Shown here: one piece after another, positions 36,025-45,197 of the stretch | Layout: each line of letters starts with the position of its first letter | How positions within the stretch are numbered: the stretch's first letter is position 1 | DNA from: Bacteroidota bacterium | GTDB taxonomy: Bacteria; Bacteroidota; Ignavibacteria; UBA10030; SZUA-254 | Assembly: GCA_035635475.1 (NCBI GenBank) | Contig: DASQAZ010000113.1 | Span: forward strand, 360-64,359 | DNA length: 64,000 nt | Direction of reading: 5' to 3' | The notes under the pieces: model-generated | Told to the model about the DNA's origin: nothing | Database searches by the model: none | Seen by the model: only the letters and a program-made list of their open reading frames with translations | Program-made: the position numbers and the translations under genes

Positions 36025-39000
36025 GTGAATTTTCGCACAATCGTTCTAGGCGCTTCCTCCATTCTCATTTCGGCTGCGCTCGGTGATGCGCAGACCCAAC
36101 GCCAGCCGGTCTTCAACCATCCTCTGACGACCTTTCGTGACCTGAGCGGGTCCCGGGGCGGCGGGATCTCCGCTCCCGCTGCGGGACCGGAGACGCTCCG
36201 GATTCTCACGGCAATGGTTGCATTCCAGGAGGACAGCGATCCCCGGACGACCGGCAGCGGCAGCTTCGACACCACGACGCCCACCAAGAATCTTCTCGAC
36301 CCGCCTCCGCATGACAGTGCCTATGTTCAAAATCATCTGGCATTCGCCGCGAATTACTTCCGGAAAGTCTCCGATGGCAGGTTAATCGTGACCGGAGAGG
36401 TCCTCGGGCCGGTGTACCGGCTTCCCTACCCGATGCAGCATTACAGTCCGACAAGGAGCAGCGCAAACAACGTCGAGATCGGTCTCCTCATGCGCGATTC
36501 CTGGCATCTGATCGACTCTGTTACGCCGGGCATATCATTCGGAAAGTATCAGGTTTTTCTTCTCGTTCACGCCGGCGCGGGGAGGGACATCGATCTCACC
36601 AGCATTTATGGCTTCGACCCGACGCCGTTCGACATACCGTCGATCTATCTGAATCTGGCGTCGCTGAAGAAAATGTTCGGCAATTCCTATGATGGCGTTC
36701 CGGTAGCCGGAGGAACCTTCCTCATCCCCAATTCGATCATTCTTCCTGAGACCGAGAGCCGCATTTTAGAATCTGCTGTGGGATCCTCTCTGCTGCAGCT
36801 CGGGATAAACGGTTTACTCGCCGCCAGCGTCGGGAGCCATCTCGGCCTCCCCGACCTTTTCGACACGAAGACCGGAGCTTCCGGAATCGGGCGCTTCGGC
36901 CTGATGGACGGCCAATCGATTTTCAGTTGGAGCGGTCTCTTTCCGCCCGAACCCTCCGCATGGGAGCGCGCTTTCCTGGGATGGCTGCAGCCGATCGCGG
37001 TCACCGGAGGCAACGCCGTCTATGCGCTTCCGGCCGTGACGCTGCCGCAAGACTCGGTCTACCGGGTTCTCATCTCCGCCAAGGAATATTTCCTTGTCGA
37101 GAACCGGAACCGCGACGCGAACCGCGACGGGGCGACTGTGACCATGGTACGAAACGGCCAGCCCGTCGTCCGGACATGGTCGCGCGATACCGTGGGTTTC
37201 AATGCCTTTAATCCCGACTCGTTGTATGGGGTCGTCACAGATGTTGACGAGTTCGACTGGAGCCTGCCGGGCGGCGTCAGCGCCCGCACGGGCGAGTTGT
37301 TCGACGGAGGCATCCTGATCTGGCATGTCGATGAGAATGTCATCGAAGCGAACTACGATGCCGATGCCGTGAACGGAGATCCTGACCGGCGGGGTGTCAA
37401 TCTCGAAGAGGCGGACGGGTCGCAGGATATCGGCCAGACCTATGGCCTGATCAGTCCGGGCGCCGGAAGCGAAAGCGGGACCGTCCTCGATTTTTGGTAT
37501 GCCGGGAACAAGGCCCCCTTGCGCCTGCAGTCGAATGAGTTCACGCCCACTTCCCATCCGAGCAGCCTGAGCAATGATCATGCGGAGAGCCACGTCTATA
37601 TCAGAGAGTTTTCCGCGCGCGCGCCGAGAATGACCGCAAGAATTCAGGTTGGGGATAATCAGGTGGAGCTGGTCCCGGGCTTTCCCAAGAATGTCGGCCG
37701 CATATTCGGGCGCAATTCGATTACTGCCGTGGACCTGTTTACCGGAGGCACCGGTGCAATTCTTGTCGCGACTTCAGGTCTGACTCCCAATAGCCTGCAG
37801 CCGGGACGGATCGTGCCCGGTTCGACTGCTCTACCGTACGTGTATGGCTGGAAATCGGATGGGGGCCCGATTGGTCAGTTTTTCTCGTCCGGGAGGATCG
37901 CGCAAGCCAGCGGACTCGGCACCTGCAACACCTTCACCGGAAAACCTGTCGCGGGCGATTTCAATCGAGACAATGTGCCCGACCTGGCCGTGACCGGCCT
38001 GTTTCGATTTATAAATGATCCAATCCCGGCTTCGATTGCCGTTGGCTGGAGGGCGCAGGATAATAATAATGACAGTCTCGCGGATCAGGCGTTCCTGGTT
38101 GCAGAAGCGCCGGGGCCCCAGATCACGACGTCGCTGGCCGCGGGTGATACAGATCTTGCGTTCGGCACCAGGAACAATGACATAGTGTTCCTGTCCGGCA
38201 GCGGGAATTTTGATTCTCTCCAGCAATTGAGTCCGGGGGACACATCTTCGATCGTGGGGGTGAGCCGATGGAGCCGGGGAGACACGGTTGTTGCCGTGTC
38301 GGCGAGCGGAACGGTGGGAATCGTCACTCCGCGCGGCGTTGTGATTAAAAGAAGTTTCGCTCATCCGATGAGTTCTCCGGCGGTCGCAGGAACGATTTCT
38401 TCCGGAATCGGCAGGCGGATCGTCTTCGCAACGACAGACGGATATGTCTATTCCGTTGATGGCAGCCTGAAGACAGCGGACAGATTCCCGGTTTCGACAG
38501 GAGGAGAGATTCTGAACGCCTGTGCGCTTGCCGATATCGACGGCGATGGCGTTAAAGATATCGTTGTCTTCAGCGGCAGAAAGGTTTTTGCTTATAATGC
38601 CGTCGGCTCCGTACTTGACAACTTTCCCATCATCGCGCCGTCCTCGAAAAGCCTTCTGACATCACCGATCATCGCGGATCTCAACGGCGACGGCCGGCCC
38701 GATATTGTGGGCGTTACGCAGGAGGGTCTGGTCTTCGCCTATGACCGGTCCGGAACAATGCTTCCCGGATTTCCGATCCTCGGAGGGGTTAATGCGGGCT
38801 CAACCCCCGCTGCTTTCTACATTCCGAGCGGCTGTCTGAGCTGCTCGGACATCGGTCTGGCTGTTGCTTCCGATGACGGGAACGTCTACGCGTGGAGGAC
38901 CGGTACGGTGGTGACAGGCCCGTCGTCGCCGCCGGAACAGCCCTGGCCGCAGTATCTACACGACGCCAGAAACAGCGGATTATCGGACACGCTTCTTTAC

Positions 39001-39312
39001 CAGCCGGCGCAGAACGGTGAATTCTTTCCCGCCTCCCGCGCCTATAACTGGCCGAACCCCGTGGATAAGGCGCACGGCTATAAAACCCACATTCGCTACT
39101 ATGTGAAAAACCCCGCGAACGTCCACATACGTATTTTTGATCTTGCGGGAGACCAGGTCACCGAATTCGACGGGCCCGGGGCGGGAGGGCTGGATAATGA
39201 GGTCGACTGGAGTGTTGACAACATCCAGAGCGGGATTTATTTTGCGCGCATCGAGGCCGTAGGATCAGGCGGCGGCGGTTCCGCCGTCATTAAAATTGCA
39301 GTCGTGAAATGA
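36025..39312 (+). CDS. T9SS cargo-type protein: M6 (InhA)-like domain with degenerate zinc motif, FG-GAP repeats and T9SS C-terminal sorting domain
   Basis: GTG start with signal peptide. The M6-like segment is LLVHAGAGRD ... AASVGSHLGLPDLFDT (where M6 has HExxH.LGLPD). FG-GAP-like repeats are DFNRDNVPDLAV, DIDGDGVKDIVV and DLNGDGRPDIVG. The CTD is YNWPNPV...IRIFDLAGDQV...IQSGIYFARIEA. Confidence 0.7.
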   Translation: MNFRTIVLGASSILISAALGDAQTQRQPVFNHPLTTFRDLSGSRGGGISAPAAGPETLRILTAMVAFQEDSDPRTTGSGSFDTTTPTKNLLDPPPHDSAYVQNHLAFAANYFRKVSDGRLIVTGEVLGPVYRLPYPMQHYSPTRSSANNVEIGLLMRDSWHLIDSVTPGISFGKYQVFLLVHAGAGRDIDLTSIYGFDPTPFDIPSIYLNLASLKKMFGNSYDGVPVAGGTFLIPNSIILPETESRILESAVGSSLLQLGINGLLAASVGSHLGLPDLFDTKTGASGIGRFGLMDGQSIFSWSGLFPPEPSAWERAFLGWLQPIAVTGGNAVYALPAVTLPQDSVYRVLISAKEYFLVENRNRDANRDGATVTMVRNGQPVVRTWSRDTVGFNAFNPDSLYGVVTDVDEFDWSLPGGVSARTGELFDGGILIWHVDENVIEANYDADAVNGDPDRRGVNLEEADGSQDIGQTYGLISPGAGSESGTVLDFWYAGNKAPLRLQSNEFTPTSHPSSLSNDHAESHVYIREFSARAPRMTARIQVGDNQVELVPGFPKNVGRIFGRNSITAVDLFTGGTGAILVATSGLTPNSLQPGRIVPGSTALPYVYGWKSDGGPIGQFFSSGRIAQASGLGTCNTFTGKPVAGDFNRDNVPDLAVTGLFRFINDPIPASIAVGWRAQDNNNDSLADQAFLVAEAPGPQITTSLAAGDTDLAFGTRNNDIVFLSGSGNFDSLQQLSPGDTSSIVGVSRWSRGDTVVAVSASGTVGIVTPRGVVIKRSFAHPMSSPAVAGTISSGIGRRIVFATTDGYVYSVDGSLKTADRFPVSTGGEILNACALADIDGDGVKDIVVFSGRKVFAYNAVGSVLDNFPIIAPSSKSLLTSPIIADLNGDGRPDIVGVTQEGLVFAYDRSGTMLPGFPILGGVNAGSTPAAFYIPSGCLSCSDIGLAVASDDGNVYAWRTGTVVTGPSSPPEQPWPQYLHDARNSGLSDTLLYQPAQNGEFFPASRAYNWPNPVDKAHGYKTHIRYYVKNPANVHIRIFDLAGDQVTEFDGPGAGGLDNEVDWSVDNIQSGIYFARIEAVGSGGGGSAVIKIAVVK

Positions 39313-39319
39313 GGCGCCC

Positions 39320-39976
39320 GTGCGACGAGCACTCTTGATAGGTTTGTGCGCTCTCCTTTTCTCCTGTCGCGACATTCAGCCCTTTCAGACGACTTCATCG
39401 ATCCAGGGATATCAACTGGACGGCACGGTGACATCCCCGAACGGGATTCCCCTTGACAGCGTCATCGTGCGGCTGTACTATAATTACGATGTCGTGAGCG
39501 ATACCCCCGTCGATACCCAGCAAGTCATCGTAACCGACCCCAACAAGATCGTGGATGTGGCGGTGTATACGCCGGGCTACGTGTTTGTTCGGCAGCTCTT
39601 TTTGAACTACCTTCCGAGGGGACCGGTCCCGCATTTTCTTTGGGACGGGCGTGACCTGCACGGCGCAATCGCTCCCAGCGGCGAGTATCTCGTCCGGTAT
39701 GCCATCGACTCCGTGATCGTCAAGTATTCGATCGTCGTCATTGACGCGCAGGCCTCGGCGACAACCGACCCCCTGGGACATTTTATCCTGACAGGCGACC
39801 GGCTGCCCGTCGGGACGGTATTCGATTCGTACACCACAGACAACGTTTACAATAGAACTCTTCAGGTTCGATCGGACCTCGAACTCATACTCATCAGGCT
39901 GACGCTCCGGGCCGACTACCCGTCTGTTCAATTGAAGAAGGATCAACGTACGACCGCAGGATTCACCCTCGGATGA
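39320..39976 (+). CDS. hypothetical lipoprotein with FlgD-Ig/CarboxypepD_reg-like features
   Basis: GTG start with lipobox LLFSCRD. GTVTSPNGIPLDSVIVRLYY and FLWDGRDLHGAIAPSGEYLVRY resemble Ig-like fold modules. Its stop overlaps the next start (ATGA). Confidence 0.5.
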   Translation: MRRALLIGLCALLFSCRDIQPFQTTSSIQGYQLDGTVTSPNGIPLDSVIVRLYYNYDVVSDTPVDTQQVIVTDPNKIVDVAVYTPGYVFVRQLFLNYLPRGPVPHFLWDGRDLHGAIAPSGEYLVRYAIDSVIVKYSIVVIDAQASATTDPLGHFILTGDRLPVGTVFDSYTTDNVYNRTLQVRSDLELILIRLTLRADYPSVQLKKDQRTTAGFTLG

Positions 39977-42900
39977 ATGGACCGGGATTTCGTCTTTTAT
40001 TATTGATGCTGATTGTCGTCACCGCAGGCGCCGCCCAGGATGAATTTTATCATCCCGAGCTGACGTGGCGGACCATCGAGACGGAGCATTTCTACGTGCA
40101 CTATCATGCCGGCACCGAGCGAACCGCCCGCGTCGTCGCGAAGGTCGCGGAGGATATTTACGCGCCGGTGACGGCGCTGTACCATCACCAGCCCGACGGG
40201 AAGGTCAGTTTCGTTATCAAAGACTATGACGATTTCTCGAACGGGGCGGCATATTTTTTCGACAACAAGGTCGAGATCTGGGCATCGTCCCTCGATTTCG
40301 ACCTCCGCGGGACGCACAACTGGCTGCGCAACGTGGTCACCCATGAATTCACTCACATCGTTCAGATTCAAACCTCCCTGAAATTCGGGAGAAAGTTTCC
40401 GGCTTTTTATCTTCAGTGGCTTCAGTATGAATCGGAGCGGAGACCGGACGTATTGTACGGCTATCCCAACGGGATCGTTTCTTATCCCATCTCCGGTTTT
40501 TCCGTGCCAAGCTGGTTCGCCGAGGGGGTCGCGCAGTACAACCGCCGGGAACTCGGCTACGACTCCTGGGACGCCCACCGCGACATGATCCTAAGGATGT
40601 ATGCTCTTGACAACAATTTATTAAGCTGGAACGAAATGGCGGTCTTCGGCAAGACGAGCCTCGGGAACGAATCGTCGTATAATGCCGGGTTCGCTTTCGT
40701 CCGCTATATCGGGGAGCGCTACGGCGACGACAAGCTTGAAATCATTTCCCGGAATCTTTCTTCTTTGACCCGAATGACGATCGACGGCGCTATCGAGGCG
40801 GCAATCGGCAAGAGCGGCGGCGATCTATACAACGAGTGGAAGGAATCCCTCCGGACGGATTACGCGTCCCGCACCGCGGAAATCAAAAACTCTCTTGTCC
40901 AGGGGGAAACAATCGCCGACGTGGGATTCGGAAATTTCTATCCTTCGTTCTCGCCCGACGGCAAGAAGCTCGCGTACGTGTCGAACAAGGGTGCGGATTA
41001 TTTTTCGCTCTCATCGCTGTATCTTTATGATCTTTCCGCGAAGACGGAACGGCTTCTTCAATCCGGGATCCGTTCCAGTTTCTCATGGTCTCCGGACGGC
41101 GGCAAGATCTATTATTCAAAGATCAGCAGGCACAACGATCACTGGTCGGACCTCGCCGATCTCTATGTGTTCGATGTCGAGAAGGGCGAGGAAACCCGTC
41201 TGACCAGAGCACTGCGCGCGAGCTCCCCGGCGGTTTCGCCGGACGGAAAGAGGATCGCCTGCGTTGCGGGGAGCGACGGGACGTTGAACCTTTACACGAT
41301 GAAAATTGACGGATCGGATGTACGAAAGATTACTGAATTTGCACAGGGCGAGCAGGTGTACAATCCAAAATGGTCGCCGGATGGCGCCCAGATTTTGTTT
41401 GACTACTCGTTGAAGGATGGACGGGATCTTGCCCTCGTGTCTGCCGATGGCGGGCCGGTGACATTTCTCCTCGCCACGCCCGAGGATGAACGGAACGCTG
41501 TTTTTACGGCCGACGGATCGAAGGTTATCTTTGCGTGCGACAAGACGGGCATTTTCAATATCTATGAATATGACCTCAAATCAAAGGCCGCCGTTCAACT
41601 GACGAATGTGCTCGGCGGCGCCTTCATGCCGGCGGTGGGCCGGTCGGGCGAGCTGGCGTATGCGACCTACACGTCGAGCGGTTACAAAATCGCCCTGATG
41701 AAGGAAGCCCGACCGCTCCCGGCTCCGGCCGTCTACAAGCGGGCTGAACGGACTGACGTTGCGATGATCTCCCCCGGGCTCGCATCCGACGGCTCGGAGA
41801 AGGACCGGTTCGACTGGAAGTCGCTGCGTTCGTACGACGACAGCAAGATTCCCGCCTATTCCGATACGACCTACAGGAACATCGCTTCCGATATCGCCTT
41901 CGTTCCATTTCTCCGCGTCGATAATTACAATCCCAAGAACAAGGGCATCGACATCCTGAAGCTGGGCGTGTATGCCTATTCCTACGATGTCCTGGACCGG
42001 TACGGTTTCTTCGCGGGCGGCGCCTTCAATAAGAAGGGTGAGCGCGACCTGTTTTTTAACTTCGATTACCGGGGAAAGATCCCCGGGCTTTTCCAGCTTG
42101 GGTTCGAGCCGGCGCTGTCGCTGGAAGCGTATAACATCACCCGCACGACCGACTCTAGAATCACGCTTCCCTTGGACACGATCGGGGTGGATGTTTCTTA
42201 TAATCTTCTCGAGTTCGACGTCGCGCTCAAGCAAAAAATCTTCAGCGAGGCATTGGAGATGGAGCTGCGGTACGCTCACAGCCGTTACACGGCGTCGGTC
42301 GGTGTGTTCATTCTGCCCGATGTCGCTCCCCCCAACAACCTCGTCCAGGCGTTCAGCGAGCTGTACCTGATCGGGAACGACATTTCAATGACGCTGAATC
42401 TTGAAAATATCTATCCTTCGCGGACGCAGGAGATCAATCCGGTGGGGCGGAAAATCCGGCTGAGGTATGACTATGAATTTAATAAGTTCAATCCGTCGAG
42501 CGAGTATGATTTTTCGAGCGGAATTCCGGTGCCGAAATACCGGCATATCAACTTCCACCGGCTCGATATCGGGTGGCGGGAATCGCAAAAGCTTCCCGGC
42601 TGGAACCACACGCTGAGCGCACACCTCCGGGGCGGGTCAATCCTCAACTGGCCGGTTGATGACTTTTTCGATTTTTATATCGGCGGCCTCGCGGGAATGA
42701 AAGGGTATCCCTTCTATTCACTCGGCGGAAATCAGTTTGCCTACGCAAACCTGACCTACCGCTTCCCGGTCTTACAGCATATCGACCTGCGCCTCCTGCA
42801 GATGTATTTCGATAAACTCTACGCGGCGTTGTACGGGGATGTGGGTGAAGCCTGGACCGGGGGAAGGTTGCAGGATCAGAGGTTTAAGAAAGACGCGGGA

Positions 42901-43077
42901 GTCGAGCTCCGTCTTGAGGCGTTTTCGTACTATGCATTCCCGACGCGGATCTTCTTTAATGCAACCTATGGATTCGACCAATTCAACCGCTATTTCAGCA
43001 ACTCCGGATCGACCGTCACGTACGGGAAGGAATGGAACTTTCACTTCGGCGTTCTGTTCGGATTCGACCTGGACTAA
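39973..43077 (+). CDS. fusion protein: HExxH (MA-clan-like) peptidase domain + TolB-type PD40 beta-propeller repeats + C-terminal Omp85/surface-antigen (D15) beta-barrel
   Basis: Signal peptide and VVTHEFTHIVQ. There are five PD40-like repeats (FSPDGKKLAYVS, WSPDGGKIYYS, VSPDGKRIACVAG, WSPDGAQILFD, FTADGSKVIFACD). The C-terminus FYIGGLAGMKGYPFYSLGGNQFAYANLTYRFPV...GVELRLEAF...FHFGVLFGF is typical of Omp85 barrels. Confidence 0.7.
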   Translation: MNGPGFRLLLLMLIVVTAGAAQDEFYHPELTWRTIETEHFYVHYHAGTERTARVVAKVAEDIYAPVTALYHHQPDGKVSFVIKDYDDFSNGAAYFFDNKVEIWASSLDFDLRGTHNWLRNVVTHEFTHIVQIQTSLKFGRKFPAFYLQWLQYESERRPDVLYGYPNGIVSYPISGFSVPSWFAEGVAQYNRRELGYDSWDAHRDMILRMYALDNNLLSWNEMAVFGKTSLGNESSYNAGFAFVRYIGERYGDDKLEIISRNLSSLTRMTIDGAIEAAIGKSGGDLYNEWKESLRTDYASRTAEIKNSLVQGETIADVGFGNFYPSFSPDGKKLAYVSNKGADYFSLSSLYLYDLSAKTERLLQSGIRSSFSWSPDGGKIYYSKISRHNDHWSDLADLYVFDVEKGEETRLTRALRASSPAVSPDGKRIACVAGSDGTLNLYTMKIDGSDVRKITEFAQGEQVYNPKWSPDGAQILFDYSLKDGRDLALVSADGGPVTFLLATPEDERNAVFTADGSKVIFACDKTGIFNIYEYDLKSKAAVQLTNVLGGAFMPAVGRSGELAYATYTSSGYKIALMKEARPLPAPAVYKRAERTDVAMISPGLASDGSEKDRFDWKSLRSYDDSKIPAYSDTTYRNIASDIAFVPFLRVDNYNPKNKGIDILKLGVYAYSYDVLDRYGFFAGGAFNKKGERDLFFNFDYRGKIPGLFQLGFEPALSLEAYNITRTTDSRITLPLDTIGVDVSYNLLEFDVALKQKIFSEALEMELRYAHSRYTASVGVFILPDVAPPNNLVQAFSELYLIGNDISMTLNLENIYPSRTQEINPVGRKIRLRYDYEFNKFNPSSEYDFSSGIPVPKYRHINFHRLDIGWRESQKLPGWNHTLSAHLRGGSILNWPVDDFFDFYIGGLAGMKGYPFYSLGGNQFAYANLTYRFPVLQHIDLRLLQMYFDKLYAALYGDVGEAWTGGRLQDQRFKKDAGVELRLEAFSYYAFPTRIFFNATYGFDQFNRYFSNSGSTVTYGKEWNFHFGVLFGFDLD

Positions 43078-43093
43078 CAAGAGAAAGGAACGG

Positions 43094-44077
43094 ATGATGA
43101 GCCATCGAGCAGGAGGGACCCGGGGAGGCTTGACGCTGTCGGTCTTGCTTCTCTCGTCCGGTCTCTGGAGTATAACCGCCCTCGCCGGCGAAAAGCCCGC
43201 GATTTCTTTGACTGGTCACGCGAGCACCGATTTTTTCGGTACCGCGCTCGCGATACACTGCGATCAATGGTCTCCCACGCATCCGTCGCCGATGTTCGAC
43301 CAGGAGACTCCTCCGGACGAAGAGAAGTCGCCGTGGCTTGCCGGCACCCTTTCCCTTGCGGTTCCCGGCACCGGGGAGTTTTACTCGAACAGCTACCTCA
43401 AAGCGGGAATGTTCGTGGCGTTTGAAGCGGCGTCGTGGATCGTCGCCTATACGTATAATAAGAAGGGCGACCGGCAAACCGGGGATTTTCAAACCTTTGC
43501 GAACGAACACTACAGCGCGTGGCGGTATGCGAAATGGACGCTCGACAATGTCGGCGGTCTCACGAATGGGGCGCACAGCTCAGCCGACTACGATCCGCTT
43601 CGGGACGGGCCGGACGCCCCCTGCAACGCGCCATTCGCCTGCGTCAATTGGGTAGAACTCAACAGAATGGAGCGGGATATCTCGAGTGTCTTAAGCCCCC
43701 CGACCGGATACACGCATCAAATGCCGTACTTCGGCGAACAGCAGTACTATGAATTGATCGGAAAGTACGATCAGTTTAGCCGGGGATGGGATGACGCCGA
43801 TCTGGGGCCCTACACCCAGCAGCCGACAGGCATCAAGAGCAACTCAAAATTATTTTACCAATACTCCGCGATGCGCGCCAAGGCGAACAGCTATTACGAT
43901 GTCGCCAGCACCTGGGTGAGCGTGGTTGTGGTCAACCACATTGTCAGCGCTCTCGACGCTTTCTGGTCCGCGACCCGGTTTAATAAGTCGCTGCACGCAG
44001 ACGTGAAAATGAGAGTTCAGCCCACGCCGTTCGGCGTTGTCCCCGTCACCGAAGCGAGGATCGAGTACACGTTTTGA
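43094..44077 (+). CDS. hypothetical secreted/membrane protein
   Basis: AAGGA lies upstream of the ATG at 43094, which is followed by a signal peptide (LTLSVLLLSSGLWSITALAG). The track ORF from 42839 overlaps the preceding gene. No family recognised. Confidence 0.45.
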   Translation: MMSHRAGGTRGGLTLSVLLLSSGLWSITALAGEKPAISLTGHASTDFFGTALAIHCDQWSPTHPSPMFDQETPPDEEKSPWLAGTLSLAVPGTGEFYSNSYLKAGMFVAFEAASWIVAYTYNKKGDRQTGDFQTFANEHYSAWRYAKWTLDNVGGLTNGAHSSADYDPLRDGPDAPCNAPFACVNWVELNRMERDISSVLSPPTGYTHQMPYFGEQQYYELIGKYDQFSRGWDDADLGPYTQQPTGIKSNSKLFYQYSAMRAKANSYYDVASTWVSVVVVNHIVSALDAFWSATRFNKSLHADVKMRVQPTPFGVVPVTEARIEYTF

Positions 44078-44108
44078 TGCCGCACGGCGGGACCAAGTGG
44101 GAGGGATC

Positions 44109-45197
44109 TTATTTCTCCACTCGCACCAGGTTGTAAATTCCCGCGGCGAGGAAGATGATATTCGCCAGCCAGGCCGTCACGAGCGGGTCAAGATCTCCGT
44201 TGTATCCGAACGCCTGGCTCACCTTCAGGAATATCATGTAAATAAAACAGACGGCGAGCGCGATCCCGAACTCCACGCCCAGTCCGCTGCGGCGCTTCAC
44301 CGAAGAGAACGGGATTCCGAAAATGACCACGATGACGCTCGCGAACGGAAAGGCGATCTTGCCGTAGAAATCGACAAGCCAGCGCGCCACCTCCTGTCCG
44401 CCGCGCTGCTGATTCGTGATAAACTGCTTCAGGTCGTTGTAATCCATTTCATCGGGCTTCTCCTGCTTTTTCCGGATATCCTCCGCCGAAAAATTGAGCG
44501 CTGCGATCGGCCGGGCCGCGAATGCGTCGAGGTATTCCTTTCCCCGATCGAACCTCCGTTCTGTTCCATTGATGAGCGTCCAGGATTTCTGCACGGGGTC
44601 CCAACGCATTTCGCTTGCGTCGTAGCGTCCGACGAGGGTGGTGGGATCCTTCGCGTCGAAGTCCTGTATGCTGACCCGCCGCGCTACCTGCCGGCTGTCG
44701 TCGAACATCGCGATCGAGAGGATCCTGGTGGGGGAATCCTGAATGAAAATATTGTTTTCGGAGACAAATTCGATGTTCTTCTGAAAGTAGCTCCTGCCGA
44801 GCTCGAGTTTTTTCTTATTGGCAAACGGCACGACCCAGCCGTTGAAGTAGATAGAGGCCCCGCTCACGATGAACGCAAAAATCACGAGCGGAGCCATAAA
44901 ACGGTAGAGGCTCATGCCGCTTGATTTCAGCGTGGTCAGCTCATTGAAGGTGGATAACCGTCCTGTCGTGAAGAGTGCGGAGAGGAGCATCGCCACAGGG
45001 ATCATGAGCTTGGCGATTTCAGGAAGAAAATAAAGATAATAGGTTGCGATGATGCCGAATCCTGCACTGCGGTCCAGAAAATCATCCAGGTTCTCCATCA
45101 TGTCCACGACGACGAAGAGAACCATGAACGCTGCAAGAGCCGCGACCGCCGTGATGATGAATTGACGGAGTACGTACCGGTCGATGGTGTTCATCAT
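44109..45197 (-). CDS. LptF/LptG-family LPS export permease
   Basis: MNTIDRYVLRQFI is the N-terminus typical of YjgP/YjgQ permeases, with a TM3 / periplasmic domain / TM3 layout. The start overlaps the upstream stop (ATGATGA at 45191-45197). Confidence 0.75.
   Translation of the reverse strand: MMNTIDRYVLRQFIITAVAALAAFMVLFVVVDMMENLDDFLDRSAGFGIIATYYLYFLPEIAKLMIPVAMLLSALFTTGRLSTFNELTTLKSSGMSLYRFMAPLVIFAFIVSGASIYFNGWVVPFANKKKLELGRSYFQKNIEFVSENNIFIQDSPTRILSIAMFDDSRQVARRVSIQDFDAKDPTTLVGRYDASEMRWDPVQKSWTLINGTERRFDRGKEYLDAFAARPIAALNFSAEDIRKKQEKPDEMDYNDLKQFITNQQRGGQEVARWLVDFYGKIAFPFASVIVVIFGIPFSSVKRRSGLGVEFGIALAVCFIYMIFLKVSQAFGYNGDLDPLVTAWLANIIFLAAGIYNLVRVEK

Noticed and set aside
42839-43093. Upstream extension of ORF 42839..44077 overlapping the Omp85-fusion gene
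   Set aside because: It overlaps 240 nt of a well-supported gene. An SD-like AAGGA and a signal peptide follow the Met at 43094.
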